NCBI GenBank assembly: GCA_963748015.1
Contig: CAVVHE010000008.1
Location: forward strand, 192,001 to 256,000
Length of the DNA stretch: 64,000 bases
Direction: 5' to 3'
From: Terriglobia bacterium
GTDB lineage: Bacteria > Acidobacteriota > Polarisedimenticolia > Polarisedimenticolales > JAIQFR01
In this document: positions 36,685 through 48,132 of the stretch, piece by piece
Numbering within the stretch: the stretch's first letter is position 1
How the letters are laid out: each line of letters begins with the position of its first letter
The notes under the pieces: model-generated
Told to the model about the DNA's origin: nothing
The model's database searches: none
What the model saw: the letters and a program-made list of their open reading frames with translations, nothing else
Made by a program: the position numbers and the translations under genes

Positions 36685-39600
36685 CTAGAGTCCCGAGGCG
36701 ACGGTGTCGACGCCGTTGCGGAAGATCGCGATGCCGGCGCCCTCCTCGGGGAAGGTGCGGGACGGGTCGGGCGTGTGGGCGTTGCGGGCGCGCCTGAACC
36801 AGAGCGGGTGCTGGAAGGCGTAGAGGTAGGCGTCGGGGTGCGGCATCATCCCGAAGAGGCGGCCGGAGGGGTCGCAGACCCCCGCGACGGCGCCGGGCGA
36901 GCCGTTCGGGTTCCACGGCCAGGCGAGCGTGGGGCTCCCGTCGGGACCGACGTAGCGCGCGGCGATCTGCCGGCCGGACTCGAGCCTCGACATCACCTCG
37001 CCGTCCGCGACGAGGAACTTCCCCTCGCCGTGGCGCGCGGGCACGTCGAGCGTCTCGACGCCGCGCGTCCAGACGCAAGGCGATTCCGGGTCGAATGCGA
37101 GGCGGACCCACGCGTTCCGGTAGCCCAGGCGGTCGTTCGGGGCCAGCGTCGCGCGCGGCGTGCGGTAGTCGCCGTCGAAGCCGGGAAGCATGCCGAGGCG
37201 CACCATCGTCTGGAACCCGTTGCAGATGCCGAGCGCCAGGCCGCCGCCGTCGATGAACTCCAGCAGACGGTCGTAGAGGCGCCACCGGATCTTGTTGGCG
37301 AACACCGAGCCGGCGCCGAGGTGGTCGCCGAAGGCGAACCCGCCGACGAACACGAGGATCGGGTACTCGGAGAGCGCCCGCGGGGCGCGGCCATCCAGAA
37401 CGTCGAGGAGGTGGACCCGCTCGGGGACGGCCCCGGCGGTGCGGAACGCCGCGTCGGTCTCCTCCTCGCAGTTGAGCCCCAGCCCCGTCAGGATCAGGAC
37501 ACGCACCTCGGCGCGCCTGCGCTCCTTCTCGTCCTCGGGCAGGGACCGGAAGCGCGCGACGCGAAGGCCGGCCGGCTCCTCCCGCGCCGGGGAGGGGCCG
37601 CGGCCGGGCGACTCGATCGCCGGCCCCGGCTCGGGCTGCTCCTCTGCGAGGGTCGCCTTGAACGCGGTCTTGAGCTCGAACACGTCCGCGTCGAGCACGG
37701 TCTTCCCGCCGAGGCGGGCGACGAGGCGGGGCGCCCCGGTCACCGTCCCGATCCGCCGGCACGCGAGCCCCTCGAACCGGCGCGCGAACGCCGCGGCGTG
37801 CTCCTCCGGAACGGTCGCCACGAAGCGCCCTCCAGATTCGGCGAACAGCGCCACGTCGGCGGGCAGCGCGGCGAGGTCGGGGCAGCGGTCGAGGTCGAGG
37901 TCCATCCCGAGCTCGCCCGCCATCGCCGCGCGGGCGAGTGCCAGGGCCAGGCCGCCCCGCGCCGGCACCGACGCCGAGCGGACCAGCCGCTCGCGCACGG
38001 CGCTGTCGAAGGCGCGGTAGAGGGGCAGGGTCTCCGCCGGGTCCACGCGGGGCGCCTTGTTCCCGACGTAGGGGCACGGGGCGCCGGGCGGCTGCGCGAG
38101 GCCGTCCAGCTCTCCCCGATGGCGGAAGTACTCGGAGGCGCCCGTCTCGTCGCGCGTGGTCCCGATCAGGAAGACGGCGTCTCCCGGCGCCTTGAGGTCG
38201 AGCGTCACGGCGTCCCGCACGTCGTCGATCCGCCCGATCGCCGAGACCAGCAGCGTGGGCGGCACGCTGATCTTCACGCCGCCCATCGTCGAGTCGTTCT
38301 TCATCGAGTCCTTGCCGGAGATCAGCGGCGTGCCGTACGCGACGCACAGGTCGTGGAGCCCGCGGCAGGCCCGCACGAGCTGCGCCATCTTGTACGCGCC
38401 GTCGGGGGTCGTCTCGCGACTCGACGGGGTCCGGCCAGCAGAAGTTGTCGAGCAGCGCGATCCGGTCGAGGCGCGCGCCGGCCGCGAGCTGCCGGCGCAC
38501 CGCCTCGTCCACCGCGAGGGCGGCCATCGCGTACGCGTCGATGTCGGAGAGGAACGGATGGATCCCCTCCGACAGGACGTACCCCTTGACGGAGCCGTGC
38601 CGCGCGAGGAACACCGTTCCCTCGGCCGGAACGTCCGCGTTCACCCCGGTGAACGGCTTGACGACCGAGAGGCCCTTGACCTCGTGGTCGTAGTGCCGCG
38701 CCTTCCCCTCGATCGAGCAGAGGTTGAGCCGGCCGAGGAGGTCGCGCAGCAGCCCGCGTCGAGATCGGCCGGCGCGGGCCCCGGGGGCTCCGGGAAAGAC
38801 GGCGGCGTCCAGCGGGCGGCGAGGTCGAGATCCGGATCCCCCTCGTGCAGGAACTCCATGTCGAGGAGCGCCACGATCTCAGCCCCGTAGGTCACGTGCG
38901 AGCCGGCCGCCCGAGGTGAACTCGCCGAGGACCGTGGCCTCGACCTCGCGGCGCCGCGCGAGCGCGAGGAACGCGCCGATCTTCTCCGGCGCGACCGCGA
39001 GGGTCATCCGCTCCTGCGCCTCCGAGAGGAGGATCTCCCACGGCGCGAGCCCGGCGTACTTGAGCGGGGCGAGGGAGAGGTCGAGCCGCGCGCCACCCGA
39101 CCCGCGGGCCATCTCCCCGACGGAGGACGAGAGGCCGCCCGCGCCGTTATCGGTGATCGCCTCGTAGAGGCCGAGCTCCCGCGCCTCGAGGAGGAAGTCG
39201 AACATCCGCTTCTGCGTGATCGGGTCGCCGATCTGCACCGCCTGCACGGGCGACGACTCGTCGAGGGCGGCCGACGAGAAGGTCGCGCCGTGGATCCCGT
39301 CGGCGCCGATCCGGCCGCCGGTCATCACGATCAGGTCGCCCGGGCGGGCCGACTTGACGTGGCCCGGCCGCCCGGCGACGGTCACCGGGAGCGCGCCGAC
39401 CGTGCCGCAGAACACCAGCGGCTTCCCGAGATAGCGCGCGTCGAAGACCTCGAAGCCGCGGCCGTACGGGATCCCGCTCTGGTTCCCGCCGTCGATCACG
39501 CCGCGGTGCACGCCGTCGCGGATCCGGCGCGGGTGGAGGAGGCCCTTCGGGACCGGGCCGTCGTGGAACGGCGACGCGAAGCAGTAGCCCCAGACGTTCG

Positions 39601-40660
39601 CGAGGAGATCCGCGCCCAGTCCGGTGCCGAACGGGTCGCGGTTGACCCCGACGATCCCGGTGATCGCGCCGCCGTACGGGTCGAGCGCGGAGGGCGAGTT
39701 GTGGGTCTCGACCTTGTAGACGAGGCTCAGGTGGTGGTCGAAGGCGACGACGCCGGCGTTGTCGTGGAAGACCGAGACGAGCCAGGAGACGCCGTCACGC
39801 TCGCGGACCGCGCGGTCGACCTTCTCGGTGGCCCCGCGGATGAACGTCTTGAAGATCGAGCGGATCGTTTCCGGATCGCGACCCGGCTCGTGGTACGTCA
39901 CGGTCGCGTTGAAGATCTTGTGCTTGCAGTGCTCGCTCCAGGTCTGGGCGATGCACTCGAGCTCGGCGTCGGTGGGAGCGTCGCCGAGGCCGGCCTCGCG
40001 GCGGGCGGGATCGGCGGCGGCGGCGCGGAAGTGGTCGCGGACCGCCCGCATCTCGGCCACGGAGAGCGACAGCAGCCGCTCGCGGCTGATCCGCGCGAGC
40101 TCCTCGTCGCTCCCCGAGAGCGGGACCGTCGCGACGCGAGGCGTCTCGTGGCCGGCCACGTGCGGCACGGAGAGGTCGGGAGGGGAGGCGGCCCACGCCT
40201 CGCGGGTCTCCACCTGGACCGTCTGGATCACCGAGTTGGCGAGAAGGTCCCACGCGATCCGCTCGGCCTGCGCGCGGTCCACGCCGTCGAGAAGGTAGAG
40301 GGTCGACGTGTAGACGGCGGAGCCCTCTCCGAGCGCGCGCTGTAGCGTGTCCTCGACCGCGACGCGCGCGCTCTTCCCCACCGGATCGGTCACCCCCGGT
40401 TTGTACGCGACGGTGACCGCGACGTCGAACGGGCCGTCCTCGACCCGCCCGATGGCCCCCGTCTCGCGCACCGGGTCCGCAAACTCCGTCAGGACCCGCC
40501 GGGCCTCTCCGGCGGTAAGCTCCGCCTCGATCCGGTAGACGTCCCGCGTGCGCACCCGCCGCACGGGAATCCCCAGGAACCCGCGCACCGTGCGGGACAC
40601 CTCTTCCCCCCGCGGGTCCCGCTGTCCGGGCCGCGTCGCGATCTCGATCCTCGTAACCAA
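36685..40660 (-). CDS. purL: FGAM synthase (PurS-like + PurL + fused PurQ glutaminase); 3 apparent frameshifts near 38900, 38755 and 38415
   Basis: QTWSEHCKHK, KVETHNSPS, DNGAGGLSS, DNFCWPDP, ISGKDS, GICNGFQ and GMMPHP motifs spread over successive frames. Confidence 0.9.
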
Positions 40661-40809
40661 GAAGACCTCCGGGGTCGGACATTACTGGCGTAACAGCCGG
40701 GGTCCTAAGCTAGCAGATTTCAATGGTTTTTCGGAAATCGGCGGGGGCCGGATTCGACGGGAGAACCGCCCTGCCGCGATGGCGGCGGTCGGGGGGCGCG
40801 GGCACCCGT

Positions 40810-41142
40810 CTAACGCGCGCCCGCCTGCGCCTTCTTGAGCTGCTCGTTCTCCTTCCGCAGCCGCTCGATCTCGGCGTCGAGAGCGCGGATCTTCTCGCGC
40901 ATCTCGGCGTCCACCTCGTCGCGGGCCTTCTCGAGCGCGAGCCGCTCCTCGGGGGTCTTGGCCTTCCCGATCATCGCGTCGGCGGCGGGGGAGGGGCGTT
41001 CGGCGGCCGGCGGCCGGCCGGAATCGGAACGCGGTGCGGCAGGGGGATCGCCCGCCGGGCCGCAGCCGGCGAGCAGGAGGAGCGCCGACGCCAGCAAGGA
41101 CAGCGAGGGCGCGAGGCCTCGACGGCCCGCTCGGGACGTCAC
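40810..41142 (-). CDS. Small lipoprotein with coiled coil
   Basis: Lipobox LLAGC; GTGA overlap with the upstream gene. Confidence 0.7.
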   Translation of the reverse strand: MTSRAGRRGLAPSLSLLASALLLLAGCGPAGDPPAAPRSDSGRPPAAERPSPAADAMIGKAKTPEERLALEKARDEVDAEMREKIRALDAEIERLRKENEQLKKAQAGAR

Positions 41143-41594
41143 TTGGCCTCCTTCGCGGGCTCCGAGCGGGGAGGCTCCTCCTCCTTCTTCGACTTCAGGT
41201 CGGCATTCTCCTTCCGGAGCTTCCCGGCCATCGCTTCCTTGGTGCGGATCACGTCGTTCCAGAACTCGCGGGTCGCTTGCTTGACCTCCTCGGCCGCCGA
41301 CGAGGAAAAGGACTTCGTCTTGTCCCACCCCTGCTTGCTCGCCCCGGCGACGTCTCGCCCGAGCTCGCGGGCGGCCTCGTCGAGGTACTTGCCGGCCTTG
41401 CTGTTCTTGAGGTCGCGTCCCGCCTCCTTCGTGTCCTGGACGAGCTCGCGCCCCGCCTCCTTGACCTCGCCCGAGGCCGTTCCGGTGGCCTGGCCCTCCT
41501 TCTTCGGAGGATCCTCCGCGAGCGCCGGGGCCGTCGCGGCCAGCAAGAGGAGCATCGCGGGTAAAGTCATGATCCTAAAACGGATAACGTGCAT
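41139..41594 (-). CDS. Secreted hydrophilic helical protein (LEA/YtxH-like repeats)
   Basis: Signal peptide ...APALA-ED; repeated KEAGR/EAAR amphipathic segments. Confidence 0.65.
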   Translation of the reverse strand: MHVIRFRIMTLPAMLLLLAATAPALAEDPPKKEGQATGTASGEVKEAGRELVQDTKEAGRDLKNSKAGKYLDEAARELGRDVAGASKQGWDKTKSFSSSAAEEVKQATREFWNDVIRTKEAMAGKLRKENADLKSKKEEEPPRSEPAKEAK

Positions 41595-41923
41595 AGCGAC
41601 CTCCCCGGCGGCGGGACGGAACCCGTCCCGGTGCCGATCCCCACAAGGGAAGATTAACCCCGGCGCGCATGGCCCCGCAACCGGTCCGCGGAGCTCCCAT
41701 CATGGCGGAAAATCTTTTCGATTGCAGTCCGTACCCGGAGAGGTGTAAAAAGGAATCGACCTCCCCATTCTAGGCGCGCGCGAAGCCCCATTTCTCGCGC
41801 GCCAGTTTTTTATGGATTGTCCCGTTTTTCCGGGATGAGCCCCTCCGGCGCGGTGGGGCGCCCCGTCGCGCCAGGGTGGTATTCTCCGAGTCCGGCCAAC
41901 GGCAGGCCGGCCCAGGAGCCTCC

Positions 41924-44608
41924 ATGCGATCCTCGCGCAAGACGGGAATCCTCCTCGCGCTCTTCCTTGCGGCGGCCTCCCTCGCGGCGAAGCCCCCGGC
42001 ACGGACGGAAAGAAAGATGAACGAGCCAGAAATCCCTTCGAAGGCCGTGGCACCCGCCGTGACGAGATGGCTCGTCCTCGGCCCGGTGCTCGATTCCCTG
42101 CCTGTCTTCCACGAGGAAAAACCGGGTTCGTACGGCATCGAGGAGCTGCTCAAGTCGGACCGTTTCACGGCAAGGCCGTGGCGCCCGGCGGAAGGAATCG
42201 AGGAGTCGTGGTTCGGCGGGGTGAGTCTTCGCTGGTCGGCTCGGGATGCCGGTCCGGACGGCCTCGTGAGCCTCGGCGTGCCCGCGGGCACCGGCGAGGG
42301 AAGGCCCGCGACCGCGTGGCTCGCGACGTACGTCGCGGCGGGACGGTACGCGTCGCTCGACCTCGTGGTGAACGGGACGCACGCGCGCCGGGCCTGGCTC
42401 GACGGAGAGCAGGTCGCCGTCGGCGGGACGGACAAGGACGCGGCGTCGCCCGCGGAGGTCAAGGGGAAGCTGGAGCTGACCGCAGGCAAGCACCTCCTCG
42501 TCATCGAGACGGCGTTCGACCCGGCGAAGGCGGACGCCTGGACCGCCGGGGCGTCCCTCAAGGCGCGCAAGGAAAGCGGCGAGGCGAGCGCCGCGTTCAC
42601 GGCGACGCTCGACCCCGTATGGGACCTCGATATTCGCGACATCCTCGACCCCCCGCAGATCGTGTCGCTCGCGGTGTCGCCCGAAGGCACCGAGGTCGCG
42701 GTGTCCCTTTCCCGCATCGTCCCCGCGACCGACGATGCCGAGCGGTGGGTGGAGTTCCGTTCCACGGCCGACGGCGCGCTGCTCGGCACGTGGCGCGGCG
42801 GTCCGGCCGCGAGGCAGGTCGCCTACGATCCGCAGGGACGCTGGCTGTCGTACGTCACCGAGGTCAAGGGCGCTTCCGGAGACGCGGATCGCTCCACCCT
42901 CTGGATCCTGGACCGCCGGACGCAGGAAGCCCGCCCCTTGCTCGAGCGGGTGGAGTCCTTCTCCGACTACGAATGGTCCCCCGACGGGCGCGCGGTCGCC
43001 TACTCGACGACCGTGAAGCCCGAGGCCGACAAGCGCGGGCTCAAGCGCTTCGAAGGGCTCCTCGACCGGCAAAAGGACTACCGCACGAAAACCTACCTGC
43101 ACCTCGCGACGGTCCCGCAGGGGACGCGCCGGCGGCTCACGGCAGGCTCGCTCTCCGCGACCGGCGCCTCGTTCTCGCCCGGCGGGGATCGACTCCTGTT
43201 CGTCCGCGAGGTCGAGGACTTCGGCGCGCGCCCCTACACGAGGAAGGAGCTGTGGGAGATCGAGCTCGGCACCTTCGCGGCCCGCAAGCTGCGCGACGGG
43301 CGGTGGTTCGAGTCCGCGCAATACGCGCCCGACGGGAAGCGGATCCTGATCCAGGCGGGCCCCTCCGAGTTCGGGTCCGCCGGGATCAACGTTCCCGAGG
43401 GAACGGTCCCCAACGAGGGGGACGGCCAGCTCTACGTCTGGGACCCCGCGACCAGCCAGGTCGAGGCGATCACGCGGGACTTCGACCCGGCCGTGACCTC
43501 GGCCACGTGGAGCCGCGCGGACGGCAACATCTACGTGAAAGCCGAGGACCGCGACCGCGTGCGCGTCTTCCGGTACGACGCGGCGGCGAGGACCTTCGCG
43601 CCGGTCGGGACGGAATGCGAGGTCGTGAGCGAGGCGGCGTTCGCCGAGCGCGCCCCCGTGGCCGCGGTGAGCGGGACCTCCCCCTGGACGCCGTCGCGTC
43701 TCGCCGTCGCCGACCTCAAGAGCGGGGCGTCGAAGGTGCTGCTGGAGCCTGCGGCGGCCGCGCTGGCCGGGGTGCGGAAGGGAACGGTCGAATTGTGGAG
43801 CTTCGCCGCCGCGAGCGGGCGCACGATCGACGGGCGGGTCTACCTCCCGCCCGGCTTCGAGGCCGCGCGCGCCGCGAAGTACCCGGTGATCGTCTACTAC
43901 TACGGCGGGACCTCTCCCGTGACCCGCGACTTCGGCGGTCGATACCCGAAGGAGTGGTGGGCGGCGAACGGGTACGTGGTCTACGTCCTCCAGCCGTCGG
44001 GGGCCACCGGGTTCGGGCAGGCGTTCTCGGCCCCGCACGTCAACGACTGGGGGGAGATCACGGCGCAGGAGATCATCGAGGGGACGCGGAAGTTCCTCGA
44101 GGCGCACCCCTACGCGGACCCGAAGCGCGTCGGGTGCATCGGCGCCTCGTTCGGCGGGTTCATGACCGAGCTGATCGTCACCAAGACGGACCTGTTCGCC
44201 GCCGCGGTGTCGCACGCGGGAATCTCGTCCATCTCGTCGTACTGGGGGGAGGGGTACTGGGGGTATTCCTACAGCGCGCTCGCGACGGCCGGGTCGTTCC
44301 CCTGGAACCGCAAGGACATCTACGTCGAGCGCAGCCCGCTGTTCCGCGCCGACAAGGCCCGGACCCCGCTCCTCCTGACGCACGGCTCGGTCGACACGAA
44401 CGTGCCGCCCGGAGAGAGCGCCTCGTTCTACGCGGCCCTCAAGCTCCTCGGGGTCCCGGTCGAGTACGTGCAGGTCGAGGGGATGGACCACCTGATCCTG
44501 GATCACGCCAAGCGCATCGTGTGGTCGCGGACGATCCTCGCGTGGTTCGACCGCTGGCTCAAAGGGCAGCCGGAGTGGTGGGACGCGCTCTACCCGAAGG
44601 AGAAGTAG
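41924..44608 (+). CDS. S9 family peptidase (dipeptidyl/acylaminoacyl peptidase) with beta-propeller
   Basis: Signal peptide; WSPDG repeats; GASFGG nucleophile, HGSVDTNV and MDH. Confidence 0.93.
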   Translation: MRSSRKTGILLALFLAAASLAAKPPARTERKMNEPEIPSKAVAPAVTRWLVLGPVLDSLPVFHEEKPGSYGIEELLKSDRFTARPWRPAEGIEESWFGGVSLRWSARDAGPDGLVSLGVPAGTGEGRPATAWLATYVAAGRYASLDLVVNGTHARRAWLDGEQVAVGGTDKDAASPAEVKGKLELTAGKHLLVIETAFDPAKADAWTAGASLKARKESGEASAAFTATLDPVWDLDIRDILDPPQIVSLAVSPEGTEVAVSLSRIVPATDDAERWVEFRSTADGALLGTWRGGPAARQVAYDPQGRWLSYVTEVKGASGDADRSTLWILDRRTQEARPLLERVESFSDYEWSPDGRAVAYSTTVKPEADKRGLKRFEGLLDRQKDYRTKTYLHLATVPQGTRRRLTAGSLSATGASFSPGGDRLLFVREVEDFGARPYTRKELWEIELGTFAARKLRDGRWFESAQYAPDGKRILIQAGPSEFGSAGINVPEGTVPNEGDGQLYVWDPATSQVEAITRDFDPAVTSATWSRADGNIYVKAEDRDRVRVFRYDAAARTFAPVGTECEVVSEAAFAERAPVAAVSGTSPWTPSRLAVADLKSGASKVLLEPAAAALAGVRKGTVELWSFAAASGRTIDGRVYLPPGFEAARAAKYPVIVYYYGGTSPVTRDFGGRYPKEWWAANGYVVYVLQPSGATGFGQAFSAPHVNDWGEITAQEIIEGTRKFLEAHPYADPKRVGCIGASFGGFMTELIVTKTDLFAAAVSHAGISSISSYWGEGYWGYSYSALATAGSFPWNRKDIYVERSPLFRADKARTPLLLTHGSVDTNVPPGESASFYAALKLLGVPVEYVQVEGMDHLILDHAKRIVWSRTILAWFDRWLKGQPEWWDALYPKEK

Positions 44609-44618
44609 CGGCTGCGCG

Positions 44619-45209
44619 CTAGCGAACGGTCAGCTTCCCGCCGGCCCACGTGACGGCGATCCCGTTGCCGGGGGGAAGGCCCGGGCCGACGACCTCGCCG
44701 TGCCCGTCCACGAAGGCGATCGGGCTGGCGACGATCGCCTTCGTCCCGATGAACGAGAGGACGATCAGGTCCCGCGCATCCGTCACGTCGACGCCCGCGA
44801 CCGTGCCTCCCGCGTTCTGGATCCGGGAGATGCCCACCTTGATCTTGCCCGGCGTCGTGTTCGGGTCCACCTGGACGGCAATATCGGTCCCGCCGTCGCG
44901 GAGGAACGACGACGCGCCGTCGAAGGTGTGGTACGCCACGGCGGTGTTGTCGTAGGAGATCCAGAACGCCGCCCCGAAGAAGTCCGGGACGCCCTTCACG
45001 GACACCTTCACCTGGGACAGCCTCCCCGACACCTCGCCGGGCTGCAGGGTCACCGACCCGTCGGCGGGCGACGGCTCGTCGGGGGTGAAAGTCGCAACGG
45101 CCGCCGGGACCGTGGTTTGCGCGGAGCCTCCGCACGAGAGGACGAGGAGGCAGCCGAGCGCGGCCGCGACGGCGGGAGAAAGCATGGGACGCGGGGTTCG
45201 CCGTTGCAT
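44619..45209 (-). CDS. Lipoprotein with one cohesin-like domain
   Basis: C-terminal 196 aa of ORF 44619..47195; lipobox VLSC; VKVSV..DFFGAAFWISYD...SSFL...GV....DLIVLSF. Confidence 0.75.
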   Translation of the reverse strand: MQRRTPRPMLSPAVAAALGCLLVLSCGGSAQTTVPAAVATFTPDEPSPADGSVTLQPGEVSGRLSQVKVSVKGVPDFFGAAFWISYDNTAVAYHTFDGASSFLRDGGTDIAVQVDPNTTPGKIKVGISRIQNAGGTVAGVDVTDARDLIVLSFIGTKAIVASPIAFVDGHGEVVGPGLPPGNGIAVTWAGGKLTVR

Positions 45210-45229
45210 CGTCGTTCCTTCCTCCGCCG

Positions 45230-47866
45230 TCAGGGACATGCGAGGCCGAAGAACGCGGCCACGAAGGCCAGGTCGTCGCCGTCCACCGTGCCGTTCAGGT
45301 CCACGTCCGCCGGGGCGAAGTACCGGGCCGGCGTGAGCGCCCGGTCGGAGGCGAAGGCGGTGGTGACCCACAGCAGGTCCTTGCCGTCCACCTGCCCGTC
45401 GCCGTCGAGGTCGGGGAGCGTCGGCTTCGCCGACGCCGTGCCGCCGAGGTGGCCGAGGTTCGAGCGGCCGCCGTTCGGCTGCGGCTCGGTCGAGTAGTCC
45501 GCCGCCGGGTCGGCGGTGTCGATCGCCGCCGAGCAGCGCCCGAGCGCGTAGTCGTCGACGAGCTTCGGGTCCCCCGAGATGACGGTGTCGTCCACCGTCA
45601 GCTCCCCTTCGAGCGTCCGCTCGAAGTCGACCCGGGTATTCCCGAAGACGTCCGTGTAGGCCACGTGGATGCCGAGGTCCCGCTCGCCCCCCTGCTGCAT
45701 CTTGCCGTCGTCCCGCGCCAGGGGGCCGCCGATGCCCATCCCGACGTTGTTCGCGAGGATCGAGTTCGAGACGTCGACGCGAGCGCTCCCGCCGGGCGCG
45801 CCGTCGGACTCGATCTCGATGGCCGCCGCGCCCTCGTCGGACCGGTTGGCCGCGATCGTGCAGAAGTCCACCGCCGTCCCGGCCTGCCCCTCGCCACCGC
45901 GCAGGTAGAGGAACAGGCCGCCACCGGTGGCGTCGTCGGTGTCCGCTTTCGTCGCGACGTTCTCCGCCACGAGGTTGCGAGAGAACCGGGCGGACGCTCC
46001 CGATGCTCCCTCGGACTCGATCGCGAGAACGGCGCCCGCGCCGAAAGAGGTGGCCGAGTTCTTCCAGATCGTGCTCGTCTCGACCACCATCGACCCGCCC
46101 GCGCCGGGGCCTCCCGACGAGAGGGTGGCGCGCAGTCCTCCTCCCGCCACCGCCGTGTTGCCCGCGATCGTGTTTCCGCTCGCGGCGAGGCTTCCGGCCT
46201 CCGCGGACGACGGGCCGTGGAGGAGAGCGAGGTCGAGCCCTCCGCCCGAGCCGCCCGCCCGATTGCCCGAGACCAGGTTGAGGGTGGCGTCGACCCGGCG
46301 CTGCCCCGGCCCGTCGCCCGCGACGCGCAGGAGCATCCCGCCGCCGTCGGCCGCGGCCGTGTTCAGCTCCACGACGTTGCCGCTCGCGGTGATGCGCGCG
46401 CCGCCCGCGACCCCGAGGTCCACGACGGCGCCGCCGCCCCGTCCCGCCGCGTCGTTCGCGACGATGGCGTTCTTGTTCAGCACGACGTCCGCCTGTGCCG
46501 CATCGCCGCCGAGCGATGCCACCACGGCGACCGCGCCGCCGTCCTGGGCCGCGTTCACGCCGAGCGAGTTGTCCTCGACACTCACGCTGAAGCGTCCCTC
46601 GCCGGACGCGAGCGCCAGGAGCGCGCCGCCGCTCCCCGTCGCGGCGTTGCGGATCATCTCGTTGCCGCTCGCGACGAGACGCGTGCCGGAGTCCGGGAAG
46701 GTGACGGTGCGCAGGAACACGCCGCCGCCTCCGTGCCCCGGACCGGCCGCGTCCGCGACGTTGTCTCGAATCGCGTTGTTCTCGACGCGAACCTCGGTCG
46801 CCAAGAGGCACGGCCCCCACTGCACGCAGACCGATCCGGCTCCGGCGTCGATGCAGTCCTGGCTGACCGCGCAGGTCACCGCCGGGTCGTCGCGGCACAC
46901 CAGGCATCCCGGGTTGCCCGTGCAGGCGAGGGCCGTGTTCCCCCAGCAGGCCGCGGGCACCGCCGCCTGCGCCGGCTCGAGAAGGATGGCTCCCCCGTCG
47001 GACCCCGTCGCGCGGTTGCTCGCGATGCGGTTGCGGGAGATGGTTCCGGAGCCCGCGAGGCGCACTCCCGAGAACCCCCCGCCGTACACCGTGAATCCGG
47101 TGAGTGTCGAGCCTGTCCCGAGGTCGAACACCGGCGCCACCGTGAGCGGGTCGCAGCTCTCTCCTTCGGGACAATCGGCGCTCGACGAGCACCACGCTCC
47201 CGAGACGCTGCAGGTCCCCTCGATCCGGCTGCAGCTACCGAAGTCGCAGTCCAGGTTGGCGCAGGTGCCGTTGCCGAGGCACTCGACCGTCGGGTGCCTC
47301 TTGCACGTGCCCTTCGTCTGGCCGGTCGGGATTTCGCAGGTGTCGGGCGTGCAGGACGCGGTCCTGTCGTTCGTGCAGGCCCCGACGTCCACCGTCGCCG
47401 TGCAGGTCTCGCCGGTCGGGCACTCGGCATCCACCACGCAATACCGGGTCTTGGTCACGCTGCAGACCTTGTTGTTGCAGAAGCCCTTGCAGTAGTCCGC
47501 GCTGGGGCCGTAACAGGCGATGCTCTTCCGGTCCTCGCAGCTGTTGCCTCCGCAGGTCCCCGTGCCGTCGACGATCGTGACGAGGCTCGACGGAGGGTTC
47601 ACCTCGCTCGCGGTCGCGACGAAGGAGAGGCGCCTGCCCGACGCGTTCACGCACTCGCGGTAGAGCCCCGGCCGCACGCGGACCGTGTCGCCGTCCGCCG
47701 CCACGCTCGCCGCGTGGCCGACGGTCGCGAAGGGGGCCGAGCTCGATCCGTTGCCGGCGACGTCGTCGCCGGTGGCGGACACGTACCAGGTCCGCGCCGC
47801 GGCGAGGGCCGGAAGCGAGGCGAGCACCAGCACCAGCGGCGGCAGCAACCGCCGGATCGATCTCAT
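45230..47866 (-). CDS. Secreted right-handed beta-helix protein with Cys-rich inserts and C-terminal dockerin-like domain
   Basis: Signal peptide; WYVSATGDD...PFATV...GDTVRVRPGLYRE; N-x-A...GGG repeats; DLDGDGQVDGKD...DVDLNGTVDGDD. Confidence 0.85.
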   Translation of the reverse strand: MRSIRRLLPPLVLVLASLPALAAARTWYVSATGDDVAGNGSSSAPFATVGHAASVAADGDTVRVRPGLYRECVNASGRRLSFVATASEVNPPSSLVTIVDGTGTCGGNSCEDRKSIACYGPSADYCKGFCNNKVCSVTKTRYCVVDAECPTGETCTATVDVGACTNDRTASCTPDTCEIPTGQTKGTCKRHPTVECLGNGTCANLDCDFGSCSRIEGTCSVSGAWCSSSADCPEGESCDPLTVAPVFDLGTGSTLTGFTVYGGGFSGVRLAGSGTISRNRIASNRATGSDGGAILLEPAQAAVPAACWGNTALACTGNPGCLVCRDDPAVTCAVSQDCIDAGAGSVCVQWGPCLLATEVRVENNAIRDNVADAAGPGHGGGGVFLRTVTFPDSGTRLVASGNEMIRNAATGSGGALLALASGEGRFSVSVEDNSLGVNAAQDGGAVAVVASLGGDAAQADVVLNKNAIVANDAAGRGGGAVVDLGVAGGARITASGNVVELNTAAADGGGMLLRVAGDGPGQRRVDATLNLVSGNRAGGSGGGLDLALLHGPSSAEAGSLAASGNTIAGNTAVAGGGLRATLSSGGPGAGGSMVVETSTIWKNSATSFGAGAVLAIESEGASGASARFSRNLVAENVATKADTDDATGGGLFLYLRGGEGQAGTAVDFCTIAANRSDEGAAAIEIESDGAPGGSARVDVSNSILANNVGMGIGGPLARDDGKMQQGGERDLGIHVAYTDVFGNTRVDFERTLEGELTVDDTVISGDPKLVDDYALGRCSAAIDTADPAADYSTEPQPNGGRSNLGHLGGTASAKPTLPDLDGDGQVDGKDLLWVTTAFASDRALTPARYFAPADVDLNGTVDGDDLAFVAAFFGLACP

Positions 47867-48132
47867 GAAGACAACCCTCCTCCACGGCGAGACGACCCGA
47901 ACACAGAAGCCGCCCGTGGCGGCGGCCGCTAACTGTATCCCAACTCGGGCATGGCATCGAACGCGAGGCGGGCGGGGCCGCCCGCGCGCGGGGGAACGAC
48001 CCGGCCGGGACGGGCCGCCGGGCGAATCCGCTGGTATTTCCCCCGCGGTGCACTAGATTCTCCCGGGGGGACAGGCCTGCGCGGAGCGCGGGCGCCGGCG
48101 GGGTGCGTCGTCCGCCGGAAGGCGAGGGAGCC

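Noticed and set aside
41773..41811. GGCGCGCG...CGCGCGCC hairpin plus T-run upstream of the S9 peptidase as a riboswitch
   Set aside because: No recognisable aptamer or antiterminator; too weak to call.
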